This document shows positions 17,854-26,936 of a stretch of DNA of 32,384 bases, piece by piece. The DNA comes from Nitriliruptoraceae bacterium (GTDB lineage: Bacteria; Actinomycetota; Nitriliruptoria; Nitriliruptorales; Nitriliruptoraceae): assembly GCA_007120485.1 (NCBI GenBank), contig SKNP01000165.1, positions 1-32,384 on the forward strand. The letters run 5' to 3'. Positions within the stretch are counted from its first letter, which is position 1. Each line of letters begins with the position of its first letter. The notes beneath the pieces are model-generated. The model was not told where the DNA came from. It searched no databases and saw only the letters and a program-made list of their open reading frames with translations. The translations under genes were made by a program, and so were the position numbers.

Positions 17854-18597
17854 TGCGTCGGCGTGCGGTCCCGATGGGTCGTCAGCTCGCCACGAGCTGG
17901 TGTAGAGGAAGCGCTGTCCGCGCAGCAGGGTCACCCGGCACTCGACGGGCCGGTCACCGCGCCAGCCCAGTCGGCGCACCCGCAGGAGCGCTTCGTCCGG
18001 GTCGAGCTGCAGCAGCCGTCGGGCATCGTCATCGGCGACGATCGGCTCCAGCGACTCGTCGACCGCGCTCAGCGTGATACCGGCGCGGTCACGGAGCTCG
18101 TCGTAGAGGGCCGTCCGGCTGAAGTCGACCTCCAGGAGATGCCGGCCGATATCCACGGGCAACCACACGCTGTCGAGCGCGAGCGGTTCGGGGCCGGCGA
18201 ACCGCAGACGTTGGAGCCGCACCAGCTCGGCCTTCGGTGGTAACTCGAGCCGAGCCGCCGCGTCGGGATCTCGGTCACGCTCCAGCGCGAGCACCTCGGA
18301 GCGTTGCTCCAGGCCTCGCTCCTCCACCGAGCGGAACAGGCTGTAGAGCCCGCCGAGCGGCTGGGTCAGGCGCGCCTCGTTGAGGAAGCTGCCGCGGCCG
18401 CGGTGCCGGTCGACCAACCCACGGGCGCGGAGCCGTTCGACCGCCTCCCGAACGGTGTGACGGCTCACCCCGTACTGCTCGGTCAGCTCCTTGTCCGTCG
18501 GGAACCGCCCGGCGATGTCACCCGAGGCGATCCGTCGCTCGAGGTCGTCGAGGACCTGTTGCCACAACGGTCGGGACGGTCCGTCCGGCTCCGACAC
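17851..18597 (-). CDS. GntR family regulator, HutC subfamily (wHTH + UTRA)
   Basis: FPTDKELTEQYGVSRHTVREAV...GRGSF wHTH; UTRA features (RLRFAGPEPLAL, ALYDEL). Confidence 0.93.
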   Translation of the reverse strand: MSEPDGPSRPLWQQVLDDLERRIASGDIAGRFPTDKELTEQYGVSRHTVREAVERLRARGLVDRHRGRGSFLNEARLTQPLGGLYSLFRSVEERGLEQRSEVLALERDRDPDAAARLELPPKAELVRLQRLRFAGPEPLALDSVWLPVDIGRHLLEVDFSRTALYDELRDRAGITLSAVDESLEPIVADDDARRLLQLDPDEALLRVRRLGWRGDRPVECRVTLLRGQRFLYTSSWRADDPSGPHADA

Positions 18598-18740
18598 CGC
18601 TGCCTCCGTCCTCGCTCACGCTCGTCACCCCACGACCGCCGAGCCTAACGGTCGTCGACCCCGACACCCGGTTCGGCTGCTCGTCCACCTCGACGTCGGG
18701 CGTTCGTCGTCCCCGACGCAAGGTGTGGCATCCTCCGAGC

Positions 18741-19523
18741 ATGGACCCGATCGTCTCCCCGGACTGGCTCCGCGGCCACCTCGATGATGTCACCGTCATC
18801 GACTGCCAGTACGTGCTCGGCGACCCCGACGAGGGGCACCGTCGCTACCTCACCGGACACGTGCCGGGGGCGACGTTCCTGAGCGTGGAACGGGACCTCT
18901 CCGGCAACGCCGGTGGTGGCCGCAACCCACTGCCGACGGACGACGAGGTGGTGGCGGTGGCCCGCCGCGCCGGTGTCCGCGACGACACGCCCGTGGTCGC
19001 TTACGACCAGGCGATGGTCGGCGGTGCCGCACGCCTGTGGTGGCTCCTTCGCCACCTCGGCAAGGAGGACGTCGCGGTCCTCGACGACGGGTTGGACGCC
19101 TGGGACGGCCCTCTGGTCACCGGCGAGGAGACCGCCGCGCCGGGCGATCTCACACCCCGCCCCCGTCGCGGGGACGCGATCGACGCCGAGGACGTCGCCG
19201 AACGGCTGCACGATCCGGGCCGCATCCTCGTCGACACCCGTGCTCCGGCCCGCTACCGCGGCGAGGAGGAGCCGGTCGACCCGGTCGCCGGCCACATCCC
19301 GGGGGCCCGGAACCTGCCGAACAGCCAGGCCGTCCCCGCCGCGCTCGTCGACGCGGACGAGGAGGTCGTCGCCTACTGCGGCTCGGGTGTCAGCGCCTGC
19401 GTGCTGCTGCTGCGGCTGGCCGATGCCGGGCGTGACGACGCCAAGCTCTACGCCGGCTCGTGGAGCGAGTGGTCATCGCTGGGCCTGCCCGTCGCGACCG
19501 GTGAGGACGACGCCGACGTCTGA
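18741..19523 (+). CDS. sseA: Tandem-rhodanese sulfurtransferase (3-mercaptopyruvate/thiosulfate sulfurtransferase)
   Basis: GHVPGA, AARLWW, VLDDG, D.R...RYRGE.EPVDP.AGHIPGA, active site YCGSGVSA, LYAGSWSEW. Confidence 0.92.
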   Translation: MDPIVSPDWLRGHLDDVTVIDCQYVLGDPDEGHRRYLTGHVPGATFLSVERDLSGNAGGGRNPLPTDDEVVAVARRAGVRDDTPVVAYDQAMVGGAARLWWLLRHLGKEDVAVLDDGLDAWDGPLVTGEETAAPGDLTPRPRRGDAIDAEDVAERLHDPGRILVDTRAPARYRGEEEPVDPVAGHIPGARNLPNSQAVPAALVDADEEVVAYCGSGVSACVLLLRLADAGRDDAKLYAGSWSEWSSLGLPVATGEDDADV

Positions 19524-19609
19524 CCGCCGCTCGGCACGATCAGGGGAAGCTCGCCTCGACCAGCCGACCGGCTGGTTGGGACGACCGGCGAACCTGGTGC
19601 CTCTCACGG

Positions 19610-20215
19610 TCAGCCGGACGGACGACCCGCCCGAACCAGCAGGTCGATGGCGTGTCGTTCGCCGTCGTCGGTCTCGACCGGCCGGATGATCTCCCGTGCC
19701 ACCTCGACGTCCAGACCCGTGCCGGCGAGGTCGTCGACGACCTCCTCGACCGTGCACAACAAGGTCGGGTCCGGCGGACCGCCGACCCCGTCGGTGAGGT
19801 TGCGCTTGGCGTGGGCGACCAGCAGGAAGACCCCGCCGGGACGCACGAGCGACGCCGCGAGCCGGTGGGCGTCGCGTACCTGCTCGCGCGGCAGTTGCAG
19901 GTAGGCGAGCAGGACCAGGTCCGCGGGCTCGAGCGACGGCGGGGCGGTGAGATCACCGAGCGTGCCAGTGAGTCGGACGCCGGCGTGGTCCGCCAGTTGC
20001 CGGGCCTTGTCGAGCGCGACGGAGGAGAACTCCACCAGCTCCACGTCCCAGCCCTGCTGGGCCAGCCAGATCGCGTTGCGGCCCTCGCCCCCGGCCAGGT
20101 CCAGTGCCCGACCCGGCGGCAGGTCAGCCAGCTCGGTCGCGACCGTGGCGTTGGGGCCCTTGGACCACACCAGCTCCGTGTCGCGGTAGCGCTCGTCCCA
20201 GGCGGCGGCGTCCAT
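19610..20215 (-). CDS. Class I SAM-dependent methyltransferase (TehB/thiopurine-MT-like)
   Basis: WDERY...WS..PN, ALDLAGGEGRNAIWLA, VEFSSVAL, PGG. Confidence 0.88.
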   Translation of the reverse strand: MDAAAWDERYRDTELVWSKGPNATVATELADLPPGRALDLAGGEGRNAIWLAQQGWDVELVEFSSVALDKARQLADHAGVRLTGTLGDLTAPPSLEPADLVLLAYLQLPREQVRDAHRLAASLVRPGGVFLLVAHAKRNLTDGVGGPPDPTLLCTVEEVVDDLAGTGLDVEVAREIIRPVETDDGERHAIDLLVRAGRPSG

Positions 20216-20412
20216 CAGCGCGGTCCTTGCGGTCGTGGCGAGGGCTGCCTCTTCCGAGCGAGGCGGGCTCTGACGGTCCCGACGCGAGGGTACGCCAGCA
20301 CGGTGGACTGCCCGACGGCCAACGATCCTTCCGAGCGCCGAGGGCCCCGCGTCGCCGGACGGTCCAGCGACTGACCCAGCTCGCGTCCCCCGAGGGCCCG
20401 ATGGGCGCGAGG

Positions 20413-21246
20413 TCAGGCCGGCTGCCGGACCGGTGAGAAGAACCCGGCGAGTGCTTGGGCGAGGGCCGCGGGATGCGTCAAGGGGGCGGCGTGCCCGGCA
20501 CCAGGGATCGGCTGCATCCTCGCAGCGGGAACGTGCTCGGCCACGTGCCGCGCGCTGCGGGTCATGAGCGGCTTGGCCTCCGATCCGTACAGCACCAGCA
20601 CGGGAGCTCGGACCGAAGCGAGCACGGCCGGGTCGTCGGCGGTGGGGCCTTCGTGCTCCACCTGTTGCTGGAAGAAGCTGAGCAGGTTCGGTACGTAGCG
20701 CCCTGCAGCCTCCAGGTAGCCGGCGTCCTCGGCCACGGCGATCTCTGCGTCGCTGAAGGGGAGACCCGCGAACGTGCGAACCGCCTCGGTCAGCCTGCCC
20801 TCGGCAGCCAACTCGCCCATGTGGGCGAGGGTGGCGCCGAACGCCGCCTGCTCCTGCTCATCCGTCAACGTCATGATCCCGGGTTCGAAGGCGGCAACCG
20901 CGGCCACCGCGTCCGATCGCGCTGCCGCGCTGAGTGCCAGGACGGCGCCGAGGGACCAGCCGACCAGTCCGCTCGGTTCCGGGATGCTGTCGATGTAGGC
21001 GAGGACGTCGTCGACCAGCCGTCCGAAGCTGAGGTCGGGGTGGTCGCCGCTGAGGCCACGGCCCCGCAGGTTCGGCAGATGGCAGGTGAACCGGTCGGTC
21101 AGGTGCGGGAGCAGCGCCTGCCAGTCGAGATCGCCATCGCCGATCCCCCCTTGCAGGCACACCAGGGGCGGCCCTTGGCCGTGCACGGTCCCGCCGATGG
21201 TCACGCCGTCGGTGGTGGTCACGTGGTGGGTGCGTTGGCTGTCCAT
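20413..21246 (-). CDS. Alpha/beta-fold hydrolase
   Basis: GQGPPLV, RGRGLS, nucleophile elbow GWSLG, C-terminal GAGH. SD AGGAG before ATG 21246; alternative in-frame ATG at 21276. Confidence 0.9.
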   Translation of the reverse strand: MDSQRTHHVTTTDGVTIGGTVHGQGPPLVCLQGGIGDGDLDWQALLPHLTDRFTCHLPNLRGRGLSGDHPDLSFGRLVDDVLAYIDSIPEPSGLVGWSLGAVLALSAAARSDAVAAVAAFEPGIMTLTDEQEQAAFGATLAHMGELAAEGRLTEAVRTFAGLPFSDAEIAVAEDAGYLEAAGRYVPNLLSFFQQQVEHEGPTADDPAVLASVRAPVLVLYGSEAKPLMTRSARHVAEHVPAARMQPIPGAGHAAPLTHPAALAQALAGFFSPVRQPA

Positions 21247-21348
21247 GTGTGATCTCCTCACGTCTCCTGTGGTCATGCCGGTGACGATGACGCAGCAGCC
21301 GTCGGAGAGTGACACCCGACCGGGTACGGAACCGGTTCGCGGCGGGTA

Positions 21349-24120
21349 CTACAGGTTGCGACGTCCCACCTCGGCGGCGAGTCCCGCCCGTCCGTCGACG
21401 TCGACCTTGGCGTAGATGCGGGTCAGGTACTTCTTGACCGTGTTGACCGAGATGAACAGCCGTTGCCCGATCTCCGCGTTGGTGTGGCCGTCGGCGACCA
21501 GCCGGACGAGGTCGCGTTCGACGGGGGTCAAGGACGCCCAGCCGATCCGCGGGCGTTGCCGCTCACCTCGCCCGCGGCGGGCGTAGGCGACCGCGTCGGC
21601 CAGCGACAGCTCGCCCCCGGCGTCCCAACATGCGGTCGACTCGGCGTCCTCCAGCACCGCGTGCGCCGTGCGGCGAGCACGATCGAAACGCTCGGCCTGC
21701 GACGCGAAGCGGGCGATACCCGACCCGGTGTGGAACCGTTGCGAGGCGGCGAGCAGGCGCAGCGACCGATCCGGTTCGCCGTGGGCTGCGGCCACCTCGG
21801 CGATCGTCTCCAGCGCCGCGGCGGCCCCGACCCGATCGCCGTAGCCATCCAGGACCTCGAGGCTGTCGTGGGCCAGCTCCCACGCCGTGTCGAGGTCTCC
21901 GTCCTGTTCGGCCAGCACCGCGAGTCCGAGCGTCGACCGCCCCAGCGGGAGCGGCAGTCGTGGGTCGCTGGACAGGGCGCGGCTCGCCTCCAGATGCGTC
22001 CGTGCGTCCTCGTGACGCTGCTGGCGGTGTGCGAGTGCTCCCAGCAGCCACGAACCGAAGGCCTCCTCCCAACGGTCGCCGCTTCGACGGCCGATCCGCA
22101 CCATCTCCGCAGCCGTGCCCCGAGCGGTCTCGAGATCGCCGGACGCCTCGGCCGACAACGCGAGCCAGGGGCGCAACCACATCTGATAGTGAGACCCCTC
22201 CAGACCCCGTTCCCGCAGCACCGCGCGCGCCCTGGCCAGCTGGTCCCGCGCCTGGCGGTGATCGCCTTGCAGCACGGCCGCGGCTCCCAGCCCGGCGAGT
22301 CCGATCGCCTCCCACCCGGGACGTCCCACCTGCCGGGCGAGCTCGGCGGCACGTCCAGCGTGATGGCGTGTCTCGACGAGACGACCGGACCACACCGGCC
22401 ACAGCCCGAGGTTCGCGTGGGTGGCCGGCAGTTGGAAGGCGAGGTCGTTCGCTTCGCACACCTCGACGGCCTGCTCGAACAGGCGGAGTCCAGCGTCGAT
22501 CGAGCGGCTCAGGAACCACGCTCCCCCCGCGTGGGCCAGGACGAACGCGTGGGTCGACGCATCCCCGCACCGCTCGGCGACCTCCACCGCTTCCTCGACG
22601 TCGGCGTCCACCTGGTCGCTGGTCGCCCGCCCCAGCAGCGTCCCTGCCCAGGCCCGTCGACCCAACCCCAGTGCGAGCGCACCACCGACGTCAGCGGCAC
22701 GCGCCGCGTCGACCGCTTGGCTCGCCGAGCGATAGGCGGTGGCCGGCTCCCAGCGGGCAAGGGCCAGTGCCGCTGCGGTGGTCAGCCCCCGCACACGCAG
22801 GTCATCGGACGTCTGGGGGGCGGCGGCGTCGTGCAGCCGCCGATGCACCTCCGTGGACAGACCGTGCTCGGACCAGAAGCGCAGGATCGGTTCGGTGAGT
22901 CCGAGCATCCCCCGCAGGTCCGCGGACCGCACCGCCCCGTCCATCGCGGCCCGCAGGTCATCCAGGTCGGCCACGAGCCGAGCCATCCAGGGCTCCGGCT
23001 CCGCGCCGGTCAGCCCCGCCTGCGCCCGTTCGGCCAGCCCGACATGGAACGCCAGATGGCGACCCTGCACCCGGACGGGATCATCCAGCTCCGACAGCCG
23101 CTGCCGCGCGAAGATCCGGATCGTCTCCAACAACCGGTAGCGGGCCCTGCTGCGACGCTCGACGACCTGCACCATCGACTGCTCCACCAACCCAATCATC
23201 AGGTCCAGCACCTCGTCGTCGTCGATGTCGTCCCCAGCCACCACCGCCTGGGCGGCATCCAGCTCGAACGAGCCGGCGAACACCGACAGGCGCGCCAACG
23301 CCACCCGCTGTGCCTGATCGAGCAGCTCGTAGCTCCACGCCAGCGACGCCTCCAGCGTGCGCTGCCGTGCCGGCGCGCCGCGCACCCCTCCGGCCAACAG
23401 CCTGAAGCGGTCCGACAACCCGTCCGCGATCTGGCCCGGCGCCAGGGCCCGCACCCGGGCTGCCGCCAGCTCGATCGCCAACGGGACCCCATCCAACCGT
23501 CGGCAGATCTCCGCCACCGCCTCCGCGTTGCCGGCATCGATCCGGAACTCCGCCGTGACCTGCCGGGCTCGCACCTCGAACAACCGGGCCGAGTCCGTGC
23601 AGGCGACCGTGCTGGCCGACCCCGCATCGTCGCCGGGCACCGGCAGCGGCGCGACCTCGAAGGTCGCCTCACCCGCCACCGCCAGCGGCACCCGGCTGGT
23701 GGCCAGCACCTGCAGCTGCGGACACGCCGACGACAACCCGGCGACCAGTTGCGCACACGCCGCCACCAGATGCTCGCAGTTGTCGAGCACCACCAGCACA
23801 CGCCGCGCTCGCAGCAGTTCGGCCAACGTGTCGACCAACGCCTGCTCGGCTTGCTCTCGCACCCCCACCGTCGAAGCGACCGCCGCCACGACCATCGCGC
23901 CCTCGCTCACCCCCTGCAGATCCACCCACCAGATGCCATCGGCGAACCTCGACGCGACATCTCCGGAGACCTCCACCGCCAGCCGCGTCTTGCCGCAGCC
24001 ACCCGATCCGGTCAACGTGACGACCCGAGCATCCGCGATCAGCTCGGCCACCATCCAACGTTCACGCTCGCGACCCACGAACGTCGACGCCCCCACCGGC
24101 ACCCCGCGCTGCGTGTCCAT
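21349..24120 (-). CDS. Large STAND ATPase-TPR-LuxR HTH transcriptional regulator
   Basis: FVGRERE, Walker A GSGGCGKT, Walker B LDNCEH, LDGVPLAIELAA, RYRLLETIR, and C-terminal LuxR HTH (LTPVE...GHTNAEIG..LFISVNTVK). Confidence 0.93.
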   Translation of the reverse strand: MDTQRGVPVGASTFVGRERERWMVAELIADARVVTLTGSGGCGKTRLAVEVSGDVASRFADGIWWVDLQGVSEGAMVVAAVASTVGVREQAEQALVDTLAELLRARRVLVVLDNCEHLVAACAQLVAGLSSACPQLQVLATSRVPLAVAGEATFEVAPLPVPGDDAGSASTVACTDSARLFEVRARQVTAEFRIDAGNAEAVAEICRRLDGVPLAIELAAARVRALAPGQIADGLSDRFRLLAGGVRGAPARQRTLEASLAWSYELLDQAQRVALARLSVFAGSFELDAAQAVVAGDDIDDDEVLDLMIGLVEQSMVQVVERRSRARYRLLETIRIFARQRLSELDDPVRVQGRHLAFHVGLAERAQAGLTGAEPEPWMARLVADLDDLRAAMDGAVRSADLRGMLGLTEPILRFWSEHGLSTEVHRRLHDAAAPQTSDDLRVRGLTTAAALALARWEPATAYRSASQAVDAARAADVGGALALGLGRRAWAGTLLGRATSDQVDADVEEAVEVAERCGDASTHAFVLAHAGGAWFLSRSIDAGLRLFEQAVEVCEANDLAFQLPATHANLGLWPVWSGRLVETRHHAGRAAELARQVGRPGWEAIGLAGLGAAAVLQGDHRQARDQLARARAVLRERGLEGSHYQMWLRPWLALSAEASGDLETARGTAAEMVRIGRRSGDRWEEAFGSWLLGALAHRQQRHEDARTHLEASRALSSDPRLPLPLGRSTLGLAVLAEQDGDLDTAWELAHDSLEVLDGYGDRVGAAAALETIAEVAAAHGEPDRSLRLLAASQRFHTGSGIARFASQAERFDRARRTAHAVLEDAESTACWDAGGELSLADAVAYARRGRGERQRPRIGWASLTPVERDLVRLVADGHTNAEIGQRLFISVNTVKKYLTRIYAKVDVDGRAGLAAEVGRRNL

Positions 24121-24373
24121 GGGCCCCACCCTGCCCCGGATCGCAGGAACGCGCCATCCCCTGCGCCCGCGCAGCCTTCCTTGGGCACGCGGTACAGCCC
24201 CGCCGACCGACGGGCGACGGCCGGTGCCGGCTACCGAGGGCACCGCGGAACGCACCCGCGATCGCGGACGCCCGGGCGGCCACACCCGGGCGGTCACACC
24301 CCGGCGGTCCCTCCACCCACGGTCCGCTGACGCCGGAGCGCCGGTCCGCCTGCTCCGCCTCCCCCGAAGAACG

Positions 24374-24404
24374 ACGAGGACCCGGCGATCCGCCGGGTCC
24401 TCGT
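24374..24404 (-). terminator. 14-bp-stem hairpin right after tRNA-Gly (terminator or processing signal)
   Basis: acgaggacccggcg-atc-cgccgggtcctcgt, followed on the minus strand by cgttctt. Confidence 0.7.
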
Positions 24405-24408
24405 AGCG

Positions 24409-24482
24409 AGCGGATGACGAGATTCGAACTCGCGACCTCCACCTTGGCAAGGTGGCGCTCTAGCCAACTGAGCTACATCCGC
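24409..24482 (-). tRNA. tRNA-Gly (anticodon GCC), CCA not encoded
   Basis: GCGGATG acceptor stem pairs with CATCCGC; D-arm TAGCTCAGTTGGCTAGAGC; anticodon arm CCACC-TTGCCAA-GGTGG; T-arm GCGAG-TTCGAAT-CTCGT. Confidence 0.97.
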
Positions 24483-24494
24483 GTGCAGCGGCGA

Positions 24495-24523
24495 ACGGTA
24501 ACCGGTCGCTGGCGACCGGGCAA
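24495..24523 (-). promoter_or_regulatory. Sigma-A-like promoter of tRNA-Gly
   Basis: Minus strand TTGCCC-17 nt-TACCGT, ending 12 nt before the tRNA 5' end. Confidence 0.65.
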
Positions 24524-24668
24524 ACCGTGCGACGAGGGCGCGCAGACGGTCTGCGCGGCAGTCTGCGCGGACGTCCGCGCCTCTGCACGCCGCCCCCGCC
24601 CGGACCGGCCGTCACCGCCGAGCCGACCGCTGCGAGTGACCCGGCCCAGGGGCCGGCGCGCCCTCCGT

Positions 24669-25199
24669 TCAGACCCCTGCGACACCCGTCGAACCGAACC
24701 CGGCGTCCCCACGATCGGTGTCGGACAACGCGTGGACCTCCACCACCTCGGCGGCCCCGACCGGCTGGAGCAGCAGCTGGGCGATGCGGTCACCGGCGTC
24801 GAGTTCCACGGTCCCCTCACCGAGGTTGATCAACAGCACGTGCACCTCACCGCGGTAGCCCGCGTCGATCGTGCCCGGGGCGTTGGCGACGGTGAGGCCG
24901 TGGCGGCGCGCGAGACCCGACCGCGGATGCACCAGTCCGACCCAGCCGACGGGGATCGCGACCGCCAACCCCGTCGCGACCGCGGTCCGCTCCCCCGGCG
25001 CCAACGTCACCGGGTCGGCCGCCGCCAGATCGAGCCCGGCGTCGTCGGGGTGCGCGTAGCGCGGGAGCGGGACGTCGTCGCGCAGCCGCTGCACCGGCAG
25101 CTGGAGCGATGCCCCGGAAGCGGTCGACATCCCGGGCCCACCTGACGTCACCGTGCGGGACGAGCCATCGACGAGCCCGTCCGGGTTCACGTCGCTCAC
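24669..25199 (-). CDS. dut: dUTP diphosphatase (trimeric dUTPase)
   Basis: Motifs [39 protein letters not shown] 25199 has SD GAGGAG and overlaps the upstream stop; alternative ATG at 25130. Confidence 0.95.
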   Translation of the reverse strand: MSDVNPDGLVDGSSRTVTSGGPGMSTASGASLQLPVQRLRDDVPLPRYAHPDDAGLDLAAADPVTLAPGERTAVATGLAVAIPVGWVGLVHPRSGLARRHGLTVANAPGTIDAGYRGEVHVLLINLGEGTVELDAGDRIAQLLLQPVGAAEVVEVHALSDTDRGDAGFGSTGVAGV

Positions 25200-26782
25200 G
25201 ATCGCTCCTCGTGGGGTAGACCCGCATCGGTGCGGCCCGGAGGGCCCATCTCGCCGACCGGCGGCGGTCGGCGCGTCGCCTCCAGGTGCGCCGCCCGCTC
25301 CGACACGGCCGCCGCGCACACCGCCAACTCCTCGACCGACTCCATCAGCAGGCCGGGCACCACCTCGACGTCCGGGAGGGCGACGTAGTCGGCGACGAAC
25401 CCGACGTTGAGCCACCCGTCCATCGAGGTGACCCCGACCCCGTAGCTGTGGTGCGCCGCCAGCGGCGTGAACGGGAACGCGCCCAGCAACCGCGCACCGA
25501 GGCAGTAGATCGGGACCTGCGGTCCCGGCACGTTGGTGACCAGGAAGTTGAACACGCGGCTGTTGACGGCGATCCGCGACGCCATCGCGTGCAGCGTGGG
25601 CGGGGCGAACTCGCCCAGGCCGATCAGGAACCCGGCCCCGACCGCCGCGTGCGACGACTTGACCTCGCTCATCCCGTCGTGGACGACCCGCAGCCGCTCC
25701 ACCGGGTCCATCTCGAACATCGGGAGGTCGACGAACACCGCCACCACCTGGTTGCCGAGGTGGTGCTCCTCGGACGACTGCCGGGTGCTGACCGGCACCA
25801 TCGCCCGCAGCCACACGCCATCGGTGCTGACGCCCCGGTGGCGCAGGTAGCGACCGGTGGCGTCGGCGACGACCGACAGCACCACGTCGTTGACGGTGGT
25901 CGAGAACGCGTCCTTGATCGCCTTGATCCGTTCGAGCCGGACCCGCTGGATCGCGAACCGACGGTGGGCGCTCGGTTCCTGGTTCAGCAACGACGGTGGC
26001 GCCGGGCGGACCAGGCTGTTGGTCGCCACACGGCTCACCCCCCGACCGACCTCGAGCGCTCGACGTGCGAGGACCCGCGGCCGACGCGCCAGCCGGCCGA
26101 CCGACTCCGTCAACTCCGCAGGTGAGGTGACCAGGCTGCGGATGCTGTCAGCAGCGAGCGCCTTCGAGGACGGGGTCGGTCGAGGGAGCCACGGCTCGGG
26201 TTCGGGGATGCGGTCGCTCTGATCCGGCGCGAGGTCGAGCATGACCGTGGCGATGTCGATCCCCGCCAGCCCGTCGATCATCGCGTGGTGGGTCTTGCCC
26301 AACAGGGCGATACGGCCGTGCTCGAGCCCCTCGATCACGTACAGCTCCCAGAGGGGCCGGTCCCGGTCAAGCTGGCGGGACAGGATCCTGGCGGCGTACT
26401 CGTTGAGCTGCTGGGTCGTGCCGGGGGATGGCAACGCCGCGTGCCGCACGTGGTAGGCGAGGTCGAACTCCGGATCGTCGATCCAGCGAGCGGTGCCGAG
26501 ATGCAGCGGTGCCTCGATGACCCGCTGGCGGTACCGCGGGATCAGGTGCAGCCGCGACTGGACGAGGTCCACGAACTGACCGAACGAGAACCGCCGCTCA
26601 CCCTCGGGCGGGTCGAAGATGAACAGCCCACCGACGTGCATCGGCCGGGTGCTCGACTCCATCTCCAGGAACGCCGCATCGAGCGAGCTGAGCTTCTCCC
26701 CATGTCGCTGATGGGCCGCGCTGGAGTCGGTCACCTCGCCGACGGGGTCCACGCCCGAGCGGTCGTACGCATCGTCGGCCAC
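25196..26782 (-). CDS. Wax ester synthase / diacylglycerol acyltransferase (WS/DGAT)
   Basis: [11 protein letters not shown]...[14 protein letters not shown], catalytic HHAMIDG, TVNDVVL, TNVPGP. Confidence 0.95.
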   Translation of the reverse strand: MADDAYDRSGVDPVGEVTDSSAAHQRHGEKLSSLDAAFLEMESSTRPMHVGGLFIFDPPEGERRFSFGQFVDLVQSRLHLIPRYRQRVIEAPLHLGTARWIDDPEFDLAYHVRHAALPSPGTTQQLNEYAARILSRQLDRDRPLWELYVIEGLEHGRIALLGKTHHAMIDGLAGIDIATVMLDLAPDQSDRIPEPEPWLPRPTPSSKALAADSIRSLVTSPAELTESVGRLARRPRVLARRALEVGRGVSRVATNSLVRPAPPSLLNQEPSAHRRFAIQRVRLERIKAIKDAFSTTVNDVVLSVVADATGRYLRHRGVSTDGVWLRAMVPVSTRQSSEEHHLGNQVVAVFVDLPMFEMDPVERLRVVHDGMSEVKSSHAAVGAGFLIGLGEFAPPTLHAMASRIAVNSRVFNFLVTNVPGPQVPIYCLGARLLGAFPFTPLAAHHSYGVGVTSMDGWLNVGFVADYVALPDVEVVPGLLMESVEELAVCAAAVSERAAHLEATRRPPPVGEMGPPGRTDAGLPHEERS

Positions 26783-26936
26783 GTGGCTCCCTCTGACGGC
26801 AACGTCGAGCGTATCGATGAGGCTCGCCGAGGCCGATGGTCCTGCTCGGTTCGGCGTCGGAACGAGTTGCGTGGAACGGTCGCCATCGGCGCCGCGTGCG
26901 GACTCGTCCCAGCGTTGCGGATGGTCGACCCGACCC

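Noticed and set aside
21349..24120. STAND ATPases (this one and 3-1295) as Avs-type antiphage defence
   Set aside because: Architecture matches transcriptional regulators (LuxR HTH, AfsR-like); no nuclease or other effector domain is visible, though the N-terminus of the first gene lies outside the window.
21463..24330. 955-aa plus-strand ORF
   Set aside because: Antisense shadow of the STAND-LuxR gene; no motifs, and typical of high-GC DNA.
20216..24408. Intact integrative element at tRNA-Gly
   Set aside because: No integrase and no duplicated tRNA 3' end found by eye in this window.
24121..24450. N-terminal extension of the 1033-aa ORF
   Set aside because: It starts inside tRNA-Gly and reads through the hairpin; domain-like sequence begins at ATG 24120.
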